DNA of 64,000 bases from the NCBI GenBank assembly GCA_973895155.1, contig OZ316892.1, positions 22,483,168 through 22,547,167 on the forward strand. The letters are read 5' to 3'. The notes below the pieces were generated by a model that saw only the letters and a program-made list of their open reading frames with translations, was not told the DNA's origin and did no database searches. Shown here piece by piece: positions 1 through 11,922 of the stretch (the stretch's first letter is position 1; each line of letters starts with the position of its first letter). Made by a program: the position numbers and the translations under genes. This DNA comes from Marsupella aquatica. Taxonomy: Eukaryota; Plantae; Marchantiophyta.

Positions 1-415
1 TGAGATGATACTTATATGAGATCACCTCGAGTGTGTATTTAAGCTAGTATGAAAGGACACAAGTTTGGAAGTACAATATTTTGGGGCATGAGAATATTTT
101 TGGATTTTTCACAATAAGAGGTTAGTGTGAGACTGTAGAAGGAAGAAAAATGGGTTAATTATTCTTTTTAAGTCTACTCCTTCTTCTATGTATTTTTCTG
201 TTTATTTAATGATGCCAAGAAAGAAAGGGGGGAGGAATGGAGTGGCCTAGGAGTCAAGAAAGAGGAAAAAATAGGAAAAATGTTCTCCTCCCAATAGAAT
301 TGTGCCCCACACCTTGACCTGGCAAAGGACCGGGGATTCTCACCTCTCTTGAGCTCTCTCTCACCCTTCCACGTACATTCTTGCTCTCATCAACAACATA
401 GCTTTCACAACAATA
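1..415. mobile_element. Degenerate dispersed repeat (probable TE fragment); inverted copy at ~32650-33090
   Basis: Collinear reverse-complement blocks, e.g. atttaatgatgccaag / cttggcatcattaaat, caacaacatagctttcacaaca / tgttgtgaaagctatgttgttg, ttttggggcatga / tcatgccccaaaa. Confidence 0.7.
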
Positions 416-3400
416 ACATTCAATATCTTTTCCAAAATAAAATAGAAGTGCAAAAGTGAGGGCATTATTTCATGTGCTATTTTGAACAAGATATGCACAT
501 TGAAAACACTTTTATCATGAAATTTGCAAGAAAGAATTATGGCAAATCCAAAATTTTCAGTTTGATTCACCTAACACTAGTACATATTTAGCTGATTTCC
601 CATGTTCAATTTTTGCAAACAATTGATGTCCTATTCTTTTTTTAAGAACTGGAAACTCCCATTATCACAAAATGTCAATATGTCATACTCTATGTCATAC
701 TCTCGGGGCTTCAGATATCTTCATTTCCAATTTAATTAAATGCCTAGAGCTTCTTCAGTTCTATGTGCCAAAGTATTTGGTCAGGTCCTGACGCACTTTG
801 TCTAGGCAGTGCCGTAAGTATAGTCGATATGGCATAGGCATACCGCAGGATCCCACTTTGCGTTTTGTGATGGATACCTATGCCACCTGGTATAGAAAAC
901 TTGGCGGGCTACATCAATAGCCCTAAAGGGCATATGTGGCGATGGATTCAGCCAGTGGGTAGGGTACAACAGTTGTTGCCCACTCTCAATACACTCATTA
1001 CATTATGACGCATGCATGCCACTTGGAGTATTATATTAGAGGTGGAGAGGAGATCTTTGTTCGATCACTATCCAAGATCCTCAAGTTAGTTTTGGGAGTT
1101 TCATTGATATACGCAGCCAACTTAACATTCAATAGTTGCTAACACTGCGTAAGAAAATGATGACTTGAAAATAGCCCAGGGCAAAGTTAGACCAGTCTTA
1201 GCAGGTGGCAGTGAAGATTTCTAGCTGGTAAATTGTTGTAGCTTGTGGACTGGGGAAGGTTTCTTGTGCGGATAATCAGCTCCTGCCATCCTTCATGGTT
1301 CTGGAAGCAATTAATGCTTAGAAGCCCTTTGTTTAGGGTACGTTTTGTCGTCTGAGGGGTCTGACGTTGCAGACTAGGGCCACGTTTCTACTCATGCTCA
1401 TACACCACCAGAAGCTCTGGTTATTCTACTATAATTAATATCATACAATTCAAAACTCTACACACAAGCAAAACTGTCAAGTCCCCAGGTAAAAAATCAA
1501 ATGAAACTGTCTTACTGTAACATGTGGGACTTTGACCCAATTTGTTGTTTGGAGTTATTTCTCGGAATGGTTTTTACTTTATATATTTGCCAGTGGCAAA
1601 AAAACCCCCACGCCAAGGGGGAGCAAGCAGCCACAAGAAGCGCAGATGTGCACAACTTTATCAGCATGAATGAACAGTAGCTCACAAATAGCCAAAGGCC
1701 ATAAAAGAGTACAAGAGACCATGCACTCCCATGCTAGAACAACCTTGAGCACAGCCCGGGAACAAAAAGAGCCAGACCACTAGCCCTACCAACAGCCAGT
1801 TAATGGAGAAGTGCCAAAGGGACCAATGAGAGAGGACCAGATGAGATGCAGTCACATCCATGCCTGAGACAGTTCCTACCCTGGTCACCAATCCAGGTTT
1901 TGGCTCTGAGTTATTAGGCACTACTTACTAAAACGACAGTTCTAGGGAAATTGTACTCCAGAGGTAAGAACCAAGGTTGGCCAGATCTCTAGTGTTCAAA
2001 ATTATAGGAGTTTTAGATTTACCCACAACAATAAAATGTACACATGAACCTTCCACAAGCGTATCAATTTGGGCTACCAAATAGTGTCAATGAGTTCTAA
2101 CTGGGTCATTAATGATGCATGAGACACATGCATGCATGCAATATATTGAATGAAGTTGAACACACAAAACAAATCAAAATCAACCTTTGAAAGAATATAA
2201 TTATTATCTTCATGAGCTTTTTTCTTAAGTAGTTCTTCTCACTTGGTTAGATTCTTACAATTGCATTGACTCCCTACATGAAAATTAAGTAATATTGGGG
2301 TGGGTCAATTTTGGCTTGAGCCTACTCAAGAAGCCTAGGAGTGCAAAGTATCATTTGAGGCAAGATGACATAAACCTGATACAAGGAGCTAGATATCTTG
2401 GACCATTCGTGGAACCAAACCCAAAAGACCCCTCTTGCAGAGCAAGAAACTGAGAGAAGACCAAGAATACCGGTACCAGTTAGGGTTAGGGTTTGCAAAG
2501 TGAACCCCATGACTCAGATGTGTTGCACGTCTTAGTATATGTGGCATAGGCCCGATAAAGAGACAAAAATCTGTAAACTTGGTATCTAATGGGGGCCAAT
2601 GCAAGATACAGAGGAGACCAAACTCCATCCTACGAGGCAATTAGATAGGACCATCTCGCAACTATGCCTCAAGGCCAAGGTGGCAGGGACGGTTACCCAC
2701 TGTTTGAGTAAAGCGGGTGAAAGTTCAAGTCCTTCTATATGAACGGCACCTTTTTCTTGCCGACGTACCTGATCCTTGCTAATGCTATAATTACGAATCA
2801 TGTCCAACAGATGTTTAGAGGTTAGTCTTGATGTCCGATGCCACTGAAGTTTGTGACAAAGGAAAGAAACTAGCATAATTAGTTCCAAGTATCAGCCTCT
2901 ACTCAAGCAATGACTCAACAGCAGCACGTACAAGAATTGGACCATTCTGTACTAGTCACATGCTTGGACTGTCAATGATCATATTAGGTTGGGCATAACT
3001 TCTAGCTCGCATCCATTGGGAGGCATCTATTGGGAGATTCCATCATAAGTTTGTCTTCAATCTTCCCATACCTATAGTGTCACGAGAAAGACCTGGCCAA
3101 TCAAAGGTTAGATGGACAAGCTAGTTCTGGGCTTAGGTCAGGGCCAATTAAAAGCAAAGGATCGACCCAGCTGGTCTTGGGTGGGGGGCATGCTCCTAGG
3201 AGCAGATATTTCTGGGGTCTCGCTTAAGGAGCAATCTTGTCATGCGCAACTTATGAGCAAGGATATTTTATTGTTGTTTGGAGTACAGTTAATAGAAATC
3301 ATTTTGATGTAATTAAGGGCTCAAAATTCAGAAATGCCACATCATCTAGCACCTCCTTGCTTAGTTGGAATGACCTGTTCTTAAGTTTCTAAGGATATCA

Positions 3401-3882
3401 TAAAAGCCCAAACAGCCCCTCCGAATATTGAGCCATCAGGTATACATGCTCAAAGTACTGTTGAGGTCCCGGCATTGCAAATGAGTGACAAGTGATAGGG
3501 GTGCCTCCAAATAGTAAGCCCCCGGGCATAATTGAGGAAAGCAATGTTGAGATCCAAAGGGTTCATTGCAAACTAGTGACTGTGACCAGATTTGTCTATA
3601 TGCGATTAAGCCCTAGCTTCCTGCTTAAACTCCACCCTGGCTGGGTCTATATATCCCTATACACCATACCCCAAACAGTTAGTGCAGAAACCGGCCAGAT
3701 GCACTTGGCAGGCCATGTTAAATCCATTTACACTGCTTCCTACTTAGGTGGTCACCATGTCATCTTCTTATGATCATATTGAAGTACATCCTTCAACCAC
3801 ACAAAAAAAGTCATGTTTGTAACAAAGAAAAGGAAATTAACGGTCAGAAAATTTTATTCCTGGAGTCCGCCTATGTTTTTGT

Positions 3883-5034
3883 TCAAAGTTCAATAGTACA
3901 CAAGAAATTTAGAGGATTAAAGTAACCCGCGAAAAGACTCTCAAATATGGTGGGGCACTCTCCAATTGACCACACAACTTGTTGGTCGTTGCTACTGAAT
4001 CCGCTGCTTTGAAGTATATACCATCCGTTGGTTCCATTGTCTCTCCTCTTCCACCTCACCATTGCTAACAGTTCATTATTCACTGGTAAAATGGATCGTG
4101 GCTCAAGAATGACAGAGTCACTGGGTCCCAGTCCATCCCATGCTATTGAACACCAGTGTGCCCATGAGTTGCTGTCACTGTTGTAAACATGGAATCCATC
4201 CGAGTTGGCCGAGTAAAACTTTTCTTGCATTATGAATACGCTTCTAATATCTGAAAATCTGTCAACCGGACCCATTCTTGATTCCACCACTCTCCACTCA
4301 TCCTTGAGTGGGTGATAAACCTGCCATGATGATGCATGCCCATTTTGACAGGCCACAATGAGCTCCTCACCCATACATGTAACTCGAAGGGGGAATTGCT
4401 TTTGTACCATGGGCATTATTGGTGACCAGGCATCCAGCTTGGGATCATACAACTCTGATGCACAAGTACAGGATGTCCCATCTGGAGAAGTACCACCAAA
4501 TACATACAACTTGCCATCCATGATACCACACTGAAAGGAGATTCTTGGTTCGAGCATAGCTGTACACTGCTTCCACTGGGTATCCCCAGCTGCCAGATCC
4601 AACACATGCATTGTCTGGTGGCTCCGCTTATTCATGCTGTGGCTCCGCTTATTCAAGCTGATCCCTCCCAGGGAATATAATTTACCGTTCAATGCTATGA
4701 AATTGGAGTTCCGATATACAGCGTGTGGGACTTGCGGAAGTTGGTGCAAAGTTCTTCCCTTGGGGGAATAAAGATAAATCCTATAGTGTCTTTGAGAAAA
4801 AGCAGTGCGAACCCGCATCTGAACGACTACACAAGTTTCTAGTGAATGGCGGCGAACTCTGGCATTGTAGACAAGTTGGCTTTCAATCACTTGCCGCGAA
4901 CTTTGATTTAGTGAAGACAGGAGAGCAGCATCTCTCCTCAGCAATTTTGTAGCAATCTCGTCCAACGCAACATCGTTGGGTATCCCTGGAAGAAGTTCTT
5001 GGGATAAAGATGAGATGATGTCTTGAGCCTCCAT
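3883..5034 (-). CDS. F-box/Kelch-repeat protein, single exon, 383 aa
   Basis: N-terminal plant F-box-like start (ELLPGIPNDVALDEIATKL) followed by Kelch repeats (LNGKLYSLGG, WKQCTAMLEPR, MDGKLYVFGG, ELYDPKLDAWSPIMPM). Confidence 0.88.
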   Translation of the reverse strand: MEAQDIISSLSQELLPGIPNDVALDEIATKLLRRDAALLSSLNQSSRQVIESQLVYNARVRRHSLETCVVVQMRVRTAFSQRHYRIYLYSPKGRTLHQLPQVPHAVYRNSNFIALNGKLYSLGGISLNKRSHSMNKRSHQTMHVLDLAAGDTQWKQCTAMLEPRISFQCGIMDGKLYVFGGTSPDGTSCTCASELYDPKLDAWSPIMPMVQKQFPLRVTCMGEELIVACQNGHASSWQVYHPLKDEWRVVESRMGPVDRFSDIRSVFIMQEKFYSANSDGFHVYNSDSNSWAHWCSIAWDGLGPSDSVILEPRSILPVNNELLAMVRWKRRDNGTNGWYILQSSGFSSNDQQVVWSIGECPTIFESLFAGYFNPLNFLCTIEL

Positions 5035-6048
5035 GAGGTTGATTTGAAGTTATCTATCTGGAAATCACAACAAGCCAAAATAGTCTCCATATCAGCAGTC
5101 AGATACTACTAGTAAGATCTCCCACAAGCACATGCAAGTCTTTTCTGCTATGAAATTTCTTCAACAAAGGTAGGTCCTAGCTTAGCCAAATCTATTCTAG
5201 AAATTCAAAAATATTCTAATATATTACAGCCACTGCATCAAAGTACGTCTCAATTCATATGGGTTCCATTAAATGAGATTTCATAAAACTAGAAGCTAGT
5301 AAAGAGAGAAACTTCACGTAGGTTTTTAGGTTTTTAAAAGTATGTACAGAGAATGCAATGAAGATGAAAGAAACAGCAAGAACCTTGTGTGTGGTGTAGT
5401 ACCCGCAAGTGCTCAGGAATAAGAATTATGAATAGGTCAAGACTGTACGTCGATCTACAGCTGGACTATAGAGTTGTCGATCAAACACAAAAAGGGAACT
5501 GAAATGCGATAAAGGTCCAAAGGATTAAACCTTCAACGAGCTTTCACATTAGAGGCAACTTGTTGAATAGCTATAGTCTCATTGCCATGGACCCAGAAAA
5601 GGTGAACACAGGGAGAAAGTGACAAGAATAAAGTAGATCGGAGGCTGAGTGCTTCTTATAACCCTTGCAGCAGCTGAAGTACATGGATTGTTGAAAGATG
5701 ATCGAATGGATGTGGCATTGACAACCGACAAGACTCCTAATCTCCCGAATTAGAGAGTTTGACAGACTGTTGACTTGATTGATGAGATAGTATTGACAAG
5801 AGATATACCCTTCCCTAGAGCTACACTTACTTACAGCCTAAATTGATATTCCCCTCATATAATCTACAGTATAGATTCTTAATTTTGGGGATATAAAGAA
5901 TTTAGTATTTCACAAATGACAATTCTTTTTATTATGAGTTTGCGGTTTTGGGGAAACTGACCAGAGTCCCTTTATTTCTTATTGAGTTGACTATATTGTG
6001 TCACAAAGTTTTCGTTTACAAATTTCACATCAAACTCAATAAGACATA

Positions 6049-6156
6049 TTCTCGGCAACTCCCATCTAAATAATTAAATTTCATCAAAAGTCATCTTGTT
6101 CTAGTAAGATGGACCCTTTGATGAAATTTAATTATTTAGATGGGAGTTGCCGAGAA
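6049..6156. repeat. Perfect 40-bp inverted repeat with 28-nt spacer
   Basis: 6049-6088 ttctcggcaactcccatctaaataattaaatttcatcaaa is the exact reverse complement of 6117-6156. Confidence 0.95.
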
Positions 6157-6941
6157 GATTACTGACTGGCAATTATGTCACAGCTAGGAAGATATGACGA
6201 ACATTTGGACAGTGACAAGGTTTCTATGATATTTGGTAAAATTAAAGCATACCTGGCTAATGACAGACAATGTGACCTCCGAATTGAAAGGATGATATTT
6301 GACAGTTGTAAAATTTTCAGTAGGCTTTCAGATCAACCTACCTTACTTTTGGAAGGTGGCGTGTACGTATTGCTGTTACCGGTCAGTAGAGCTCTCGCTA
6401 TTCCTGATCGACTGGGAAATGACTTGAAATCCTTCCGAATATCATTTAGAGGGTTGCATGAGGTTTCCTCTGTCACAAGTTATTTCGATTTAGTCAGTCT
6501 TTGTTCGTTGTGACTAGATTGGAGACATCTGTTGCATTTTGTTTTAGTCTATAGTTGAAAAATCGGACCTCATCTGTCTTGTGACTCTCGCGTAGCATCC
6601 ATCCCATTTCAGCTCCACTCTGAAAATCTTCGTCGTCACTGTGTATTCGAGTACACGAGGAGCTCATTCTGTGACATTTTGAGTAAACATTTTGTGACAT
6701 CGCCGAAAACTCGTTTAGGGGTTCGTTCGTCCATTTGGCACTGGCTGTCTTCGACGACCTAGCCTAGCAGACTACTTTCGCTTCCTCCTTTCACCTCGTC
6801 TGATTGTTTGCGCGACTGATTGACTGATTGTTTGATTGGGTGATCAAAGATCGTGACATATGTTATGATTAGGATCAGGATCTGATTGATCGATCAGGAT
6901 CTGATTGATCGATCCTGATCGATTGATTCGAAGGAACCACC

Positions 6942-7569
6942 ATGGCCACCACGGACGTTGCCCCTGTCACAGAACCTGTCAGCGCTATTGTCCAGGTGGT
7001 GGAACTTATAGAGCCTGCTGATACGGAGCCCGCCGAGAAGCCTGAAAAAGTGGTGAAGGAGAAGAAGCACAGACTCCCGACTGCTCTCACTGGGCATCCA
7101 GTTTACTTGCGGATGATCAAGGAAGCCCTTGTTTCTCTCAAGGAGAGAACAACCTCGAGTCAACACGCGATTGCGAAGTACCTGGAGGACAAGTATGAGA
7201 GCCGCCTTCCTCCCAACTTCATGAAGACTTTGACGGTTCAGCTAAAGAGTTTGACGCAGAGTGGGAAGGTGACGAAGGTGAAGCACTCCTTCAAGTTGTC
7301 GGAAGAGCCAAAGAAGGCACCGAAGAACGTGAAAGCAACCAAGGCCCCTGCAGGCGCATCGAAGGAGGTGAAGAAGAGTGCCGGCCGGCCAAAGACAAGA
7401 CGAAGGTAACCTCTCTCAAGGTTGTGGAAGGGAAGCAACCCTGACGAAGCCTGCAAATGCAAAGAAGAACGTGAAGCCTGCCAAGACTCCAGGTAAGAGG
7501 AAGATCTCAAGAATGACGCCTGCAAAGGAGTCTGCTAAGGCTCCACCTACGGAGAAGGTCTCAAATTGA
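6942..7569 (+). pseudogene. Histone H1 (linker histone) copy, intronless, with frameshifts in the lysine-rich tail
   Basis: H1 globular domain HPVYLRMIKEALVSLKERTTSSQHAIAKYLEDKYESRLPPNFMKTLTVQLKSLTQSGKVTKVKHSFKL; ORF stops at 7409 while H1-like K/P/A-rich tail sequence continues in the other two frames (KTKVTSLKVVEGK; KPANAKKNVKPAKTPGKRK to 7569). Confidence 0.75.
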
Positions 7570-10484
7570 AAGAGTAAAGATACAGCCCAAAAACAACTGT
7601 ACTACCCTGAGTTATCCTAAGAAATAAATTAATAAGTCAATTAAGTCAGCCAGGTAGGTCCTAAGGCTACTACCTCAACAACTAGGCTCGGTCATAAGGT
7701 TCCTATTACACTATAGGGGTTTACTGTAGACGGTAGATCAATTAATTTCCAGAGGTGTGGGCCACCAGAGGCTTCATCGAGTCTCATGTGCAGTAACTAA
7801 GTATTGAGAATTTTCCTCGAAAGATATTGTTTTCAAAACATACTATATCTTACAGTATCAATATTTGGCGAACTTGTAAGGTCTGATTGTGTCTTGTTCT
7901 CTTCACAACGTCAACGGACTCATTAAGTGTCTGGTCAGGAACACAGGTCTTAGCGTCATGACTCATGACCACAATTATAGCGTGTCAGCACGTACAGAAT
8001 TAGACTCAAGCATTAAAATTTGTGGGCTTCCAGTGTGAATTGTTACTGACGTACGTGGCTTTAAAGTAACCCCAAAAGTACCTTTGACCTGTTGGGCCCA
8101 TTGAACTCTAATCCGTTTGTTGATCATGTTGGCATTGATTTGGTAGCGCTTTCAGCTGAGAGGCTCCACTCCATCGTGACGTACATGTTTCTATGATTTG
8201 TTTAAAAATATCTGCAATGATCGGAATCATGGTTTGCAGACAGGAATCACTAACAGCCTCCAATCCTCCTGACACAAAAGCTGTGTGTAAATCAGGAATC
8301 GGGTGCAAACGTAAACTCCAGGCAGACAGCATTTCTAGCCCGTACGTTCATTTGTTTGTAGAATTTGGGCTGGGCAATAGCCCTTCAGGAATCAGCTGAA
8401 CACCCGGAATTTCTCGTTTACCCTGTTTGATCCTCTTTTTTGAAACAATCGGCCCCCTTTGGCCGTTTTGGGCCTCGAGTTAGATATACCCGTCATGTTA
8501 CTTCACTCACTCTGTGTCCTAATCATGTTAACAGAATCCCACATTGCTCGTATTCGGCCAGGAATCAAGTGCCGTTCGTCAACTTCACCAGTCACACACC
8601 CTTTCCAAATTCTTTGTTTAAGGATTTGGGTAGTGAATCCCTACGCTTCAACAATCTGAGTCTTCTTTAGTGACGCGTTGTTTCCCTAGCCTAGAATCAA
8701 TGCTTAAGTGTGATTTTTGCATTGATGAAGAGCCAAGTCAAGAGCTAGCACTCAACAGAACAATCCGTTGGTCCAAATGTTTGGATCGCTCATTTTCAGC
8801 CAGGAAATTAACGAGAGCAACTGCCGGTCAATTCATTTGGCTTGGTGATCACACTTGACTTAGCAGCAGCAACAGACCCCAATAGTGTTCTCGTTTCGTA
8901 ACAGATTTCCCTTTCAATCCGGAAGCAATCCCTCTTTTGAAGGACTTCATGCAGTTTCACGTTGTGATCAGGAAAAGTTCTGGAAAGTAGTGATGTACTC
9001 TCATGCTTTGACCGGGGCTTTGACTGTGCCGGGAAGAATTGTAAGAGCCGGGCGAAGAATGATCGAGGCAGAGTATGCATCAGATCGGTGAAATTTTCAA
9101 TGCATTATTCCTGTGGTCGCATGCAATCAATCATTGTGGTTGAGAGCTAACGTAGGCATCAGGGATTTGAAGTCAACACCAGAAGGATTAGACACAAACA
9201 GAACCTGGAAGAAAAGCTACCTTTACGAATTTTCAGATTGGGTGGGGCTCTTACAATGCTGTCAGCTTTGACTGCAAATTTGTAACTTTCAAATGCTTTG
9301 AGCCATGACTAAAAGTTTTCTCATGGTAGTTGCAAGTCAAAGGTCTATAGTAATCAAGTTTTCTAACATGAGTTTCAAGTTAAAGGTGTTATTATTGAAG
9401 TTTCCTAATATTAGTTTCAAGTCAAAGGTATGTAGTAAAGCCTTCTCAGGAGTGCATTGTCCCAGACAAAGCCCACTTTTAGGGGGGCAGTGCCCTGGTG
9501 AGAAGGCTTTAGGGTTTTTGCAGCCCAACTTGGATGTTTCTTACTTTACTATGTTTGTCTGTAGGTAAGAGGATCTTCACACGACTTACACATGTGTCCA
9601 GGTCTTCTTTGGTGTTTTTTCCATTTGAATTCCCTTTATTGGTTGCTGTGCCTTTGGGATCTTGTCCCCCTTTAGGTGTTTTTGTTTTTTTGCACTAGAA
9701 AAACTTATAACAAAATATGAGTCATTTAAATTGACATGATATTTTGATTGAAAAAAATGGGAAATTGGAAGGAATAAGCCAAAAATTATTGTCATCTAAA
9801 ATTTGACATAATATTTTTAGTAAAAATATTTGAAAGTGGAATTAATAAGCCAAAAGTGAATTATGTTTGGTGTGGACGGTTTACCAAAGCAAGAAGAAAA
9901 AGCAGTAACCAATCATAACCCTTCATTCAAATATTATTTCTTATTCCATCAGATTTATCCTTAAATTTCATCTTAAATAAATGTCTACCCAAAGTGCCCT
10001 TTAGCCGGCCATCACTTGCCCAAGATAAAATTAAATAAAAATTCAATTACATCTCAGTCATATAAATTTAAACAATTGAAAAACAAACTTTTAATTTTGT
10101 ACAAATATTTAATGTAAATAAATATATAAACTATTTATTTCTCTAAATACTTAAAATTAAAGAGACATTAATTTTGTTCGTCACTCACCTTGGGGAATCA
10201 CTCGTTGGATTATTAGAATGGGATGCGAACAAATGAAATTTATTTTTAATCATGTCGGGCTAATAATTATAATCAAAAACTTATACTAAAGGCATTTAGA
10301 AATTTAGATTTGGTAAAAATATTATTTTTTAAATTCAGCTAAGTATTTAAAAAAAATTCAAAAGTTTTATAATAAATGTTACAAGTATTTTTATTTTAGT
10401 TTATTTTGAATTTATTACGGGTCCAGTTAGAGACTTCTGTAAATCTGAAAATTCTGTCAAAATTCCACGTCACCTTGTAAATAT

Positions 10485-10732
10485 CCAGCCATTAGATGAT
10501 TTGAATCCAACCATCTACATCCATTTTGTGTGTGAAGACTCGCGTGAAGGCTCGTGTGGCCTCTCAACTGCAAATGAGCTTTCCTACCATTAGATGTTAT
10601 GAATCCAACTATCCAGATTCATTTTGTGTGTGAATACTCGTGTGGTCTCTTAGCTCAAAAAGAACTTTTACACCATTAGATGTTTTGAATCCAATGATCT
10701 ATGTTGCTTTTGTGTGTGAAACCTCGTGTGAA
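10485..10732. repeat. Three degenerate tandem units of ~85-100 bp
   Basis: Recurrent ccattagatg...gaatccaa...ttttgtgtgtgaa..ctcg at ~10489, 10587 and 10673. Confidence 0.75.
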
Positions 10733-11227
10733 GAGTAATGTCACTTCTCGACACAAACAACTTTATTTAACTAAACCTATCCATGCTTGGATGTTGACAT
10801 AACTAGATTATGACGTTTATGGTGCCTAAGGAATAAGAAGAACTTGGGGAGTAGGTCGGCTTTGAAAAAAATCAATATTTGAGAAATCTCCAGCTTGGGT
10901 ATTAGGTATATTTTAAAAGGCAATTTAATTGCAATAAAATAAACTAAATAAAGCTTTGTAAGAAACATATAAAGCATTCTCTCAACCTCTTGACGCCATA
11001 CAAGTAAAATGGGAAAGAATATTAGAAATATAAATAGGGGTGAAAAATCATGAGGAAGGTGGGGTGAATAAGTGAGGGTTTGGTCATGGGAAACTTACAT
11101 TGAAGTTTAATGCAAGGATTATTACAATGTTAACATGTGGAAGGGTCTAGCTATGAAAATATTGTTTTGAAGTGGTATTGAATGTTAGATTTTTGGAATG
11201 TAAACTCTAGAGTATTATAACCTTTTT

Positions 11228-11922
11228 TTTAAGTTACAACTTCAATTGACAAACAATACTCAAACCCTTGAATATATGTGTACCAATTGCTTTAACTTAT
11301 GACCTTATTGATTTTGAAGTTACAAATGGGATCAAACATTATAAAGACCCTTGTAGATGTGTGTACCAAAATGCCTTGACTTGTCACCTTCCCGGATAAC
11401 CTAATTTTGATTTTGAAGTTACAACTAGGGTCAAGCAGTACACTAACCCTTGTAGATGTGTGTACCATAATGTCTTAACTTGTAGTTACCTTATATTCAT
11501 TTTATAAGTTACAACTGGGGTCAAACAGTACACCGACCCTTGTAGATGTGTGTACCAGGATGCCTTAACTTGTAACTTTATATTGATTTTGAAGTTACAA
11601 ATGGGGTCACACAATACACCGACCCTTGCGGATGTGTGTATCAGAATGCCTTAACTTGTAACCTTATATTGATTTTATAAGTTATAGTTGGGGTCAAACA
11701 GTACACCGACCCTTGCAGATATGTGTACCATGATGCCTTAACTTGTAACTTTATATTGATTTTGAAGTTACAACTGGGGTCAAACAATATACCGACCCTT
11801 GCGGATGTGTGTACCAGAATGCCTTAACTTGTAACCTTATATTGATTTTGAAGTTACAATTAGTGTAGAACATTACACCAACCTTTGGATATGTGTGTAC
11901 TATAGTTTATTGCCTTAACTTG
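11228..11922. repeat. Tandem array of ~8 copies of an ~86-bp unit
   Basis: gttaca/gttata anchors at 11508, 11594, 11681, 11767 and 11853 (period 86-87), with older copies at ~11233, 11318 and 11418; consensus ttgattttgaagttacaactggggtcaaacagtacaccgacccttgtagatgtgtgtaccag.atgccttaacttgtaaccttata. Confidence 0.95.

Noticed and set aside
700-3780. Possible decayed retroelement coding sequence
   Set aside because: I could not find convincing RT, RNase H or integrase motifs by eye.
11228-11922. CRISPR-like array
   Set aside because: Eukaryotic context, whole units repeat with no unique spacers, and no cas genes.
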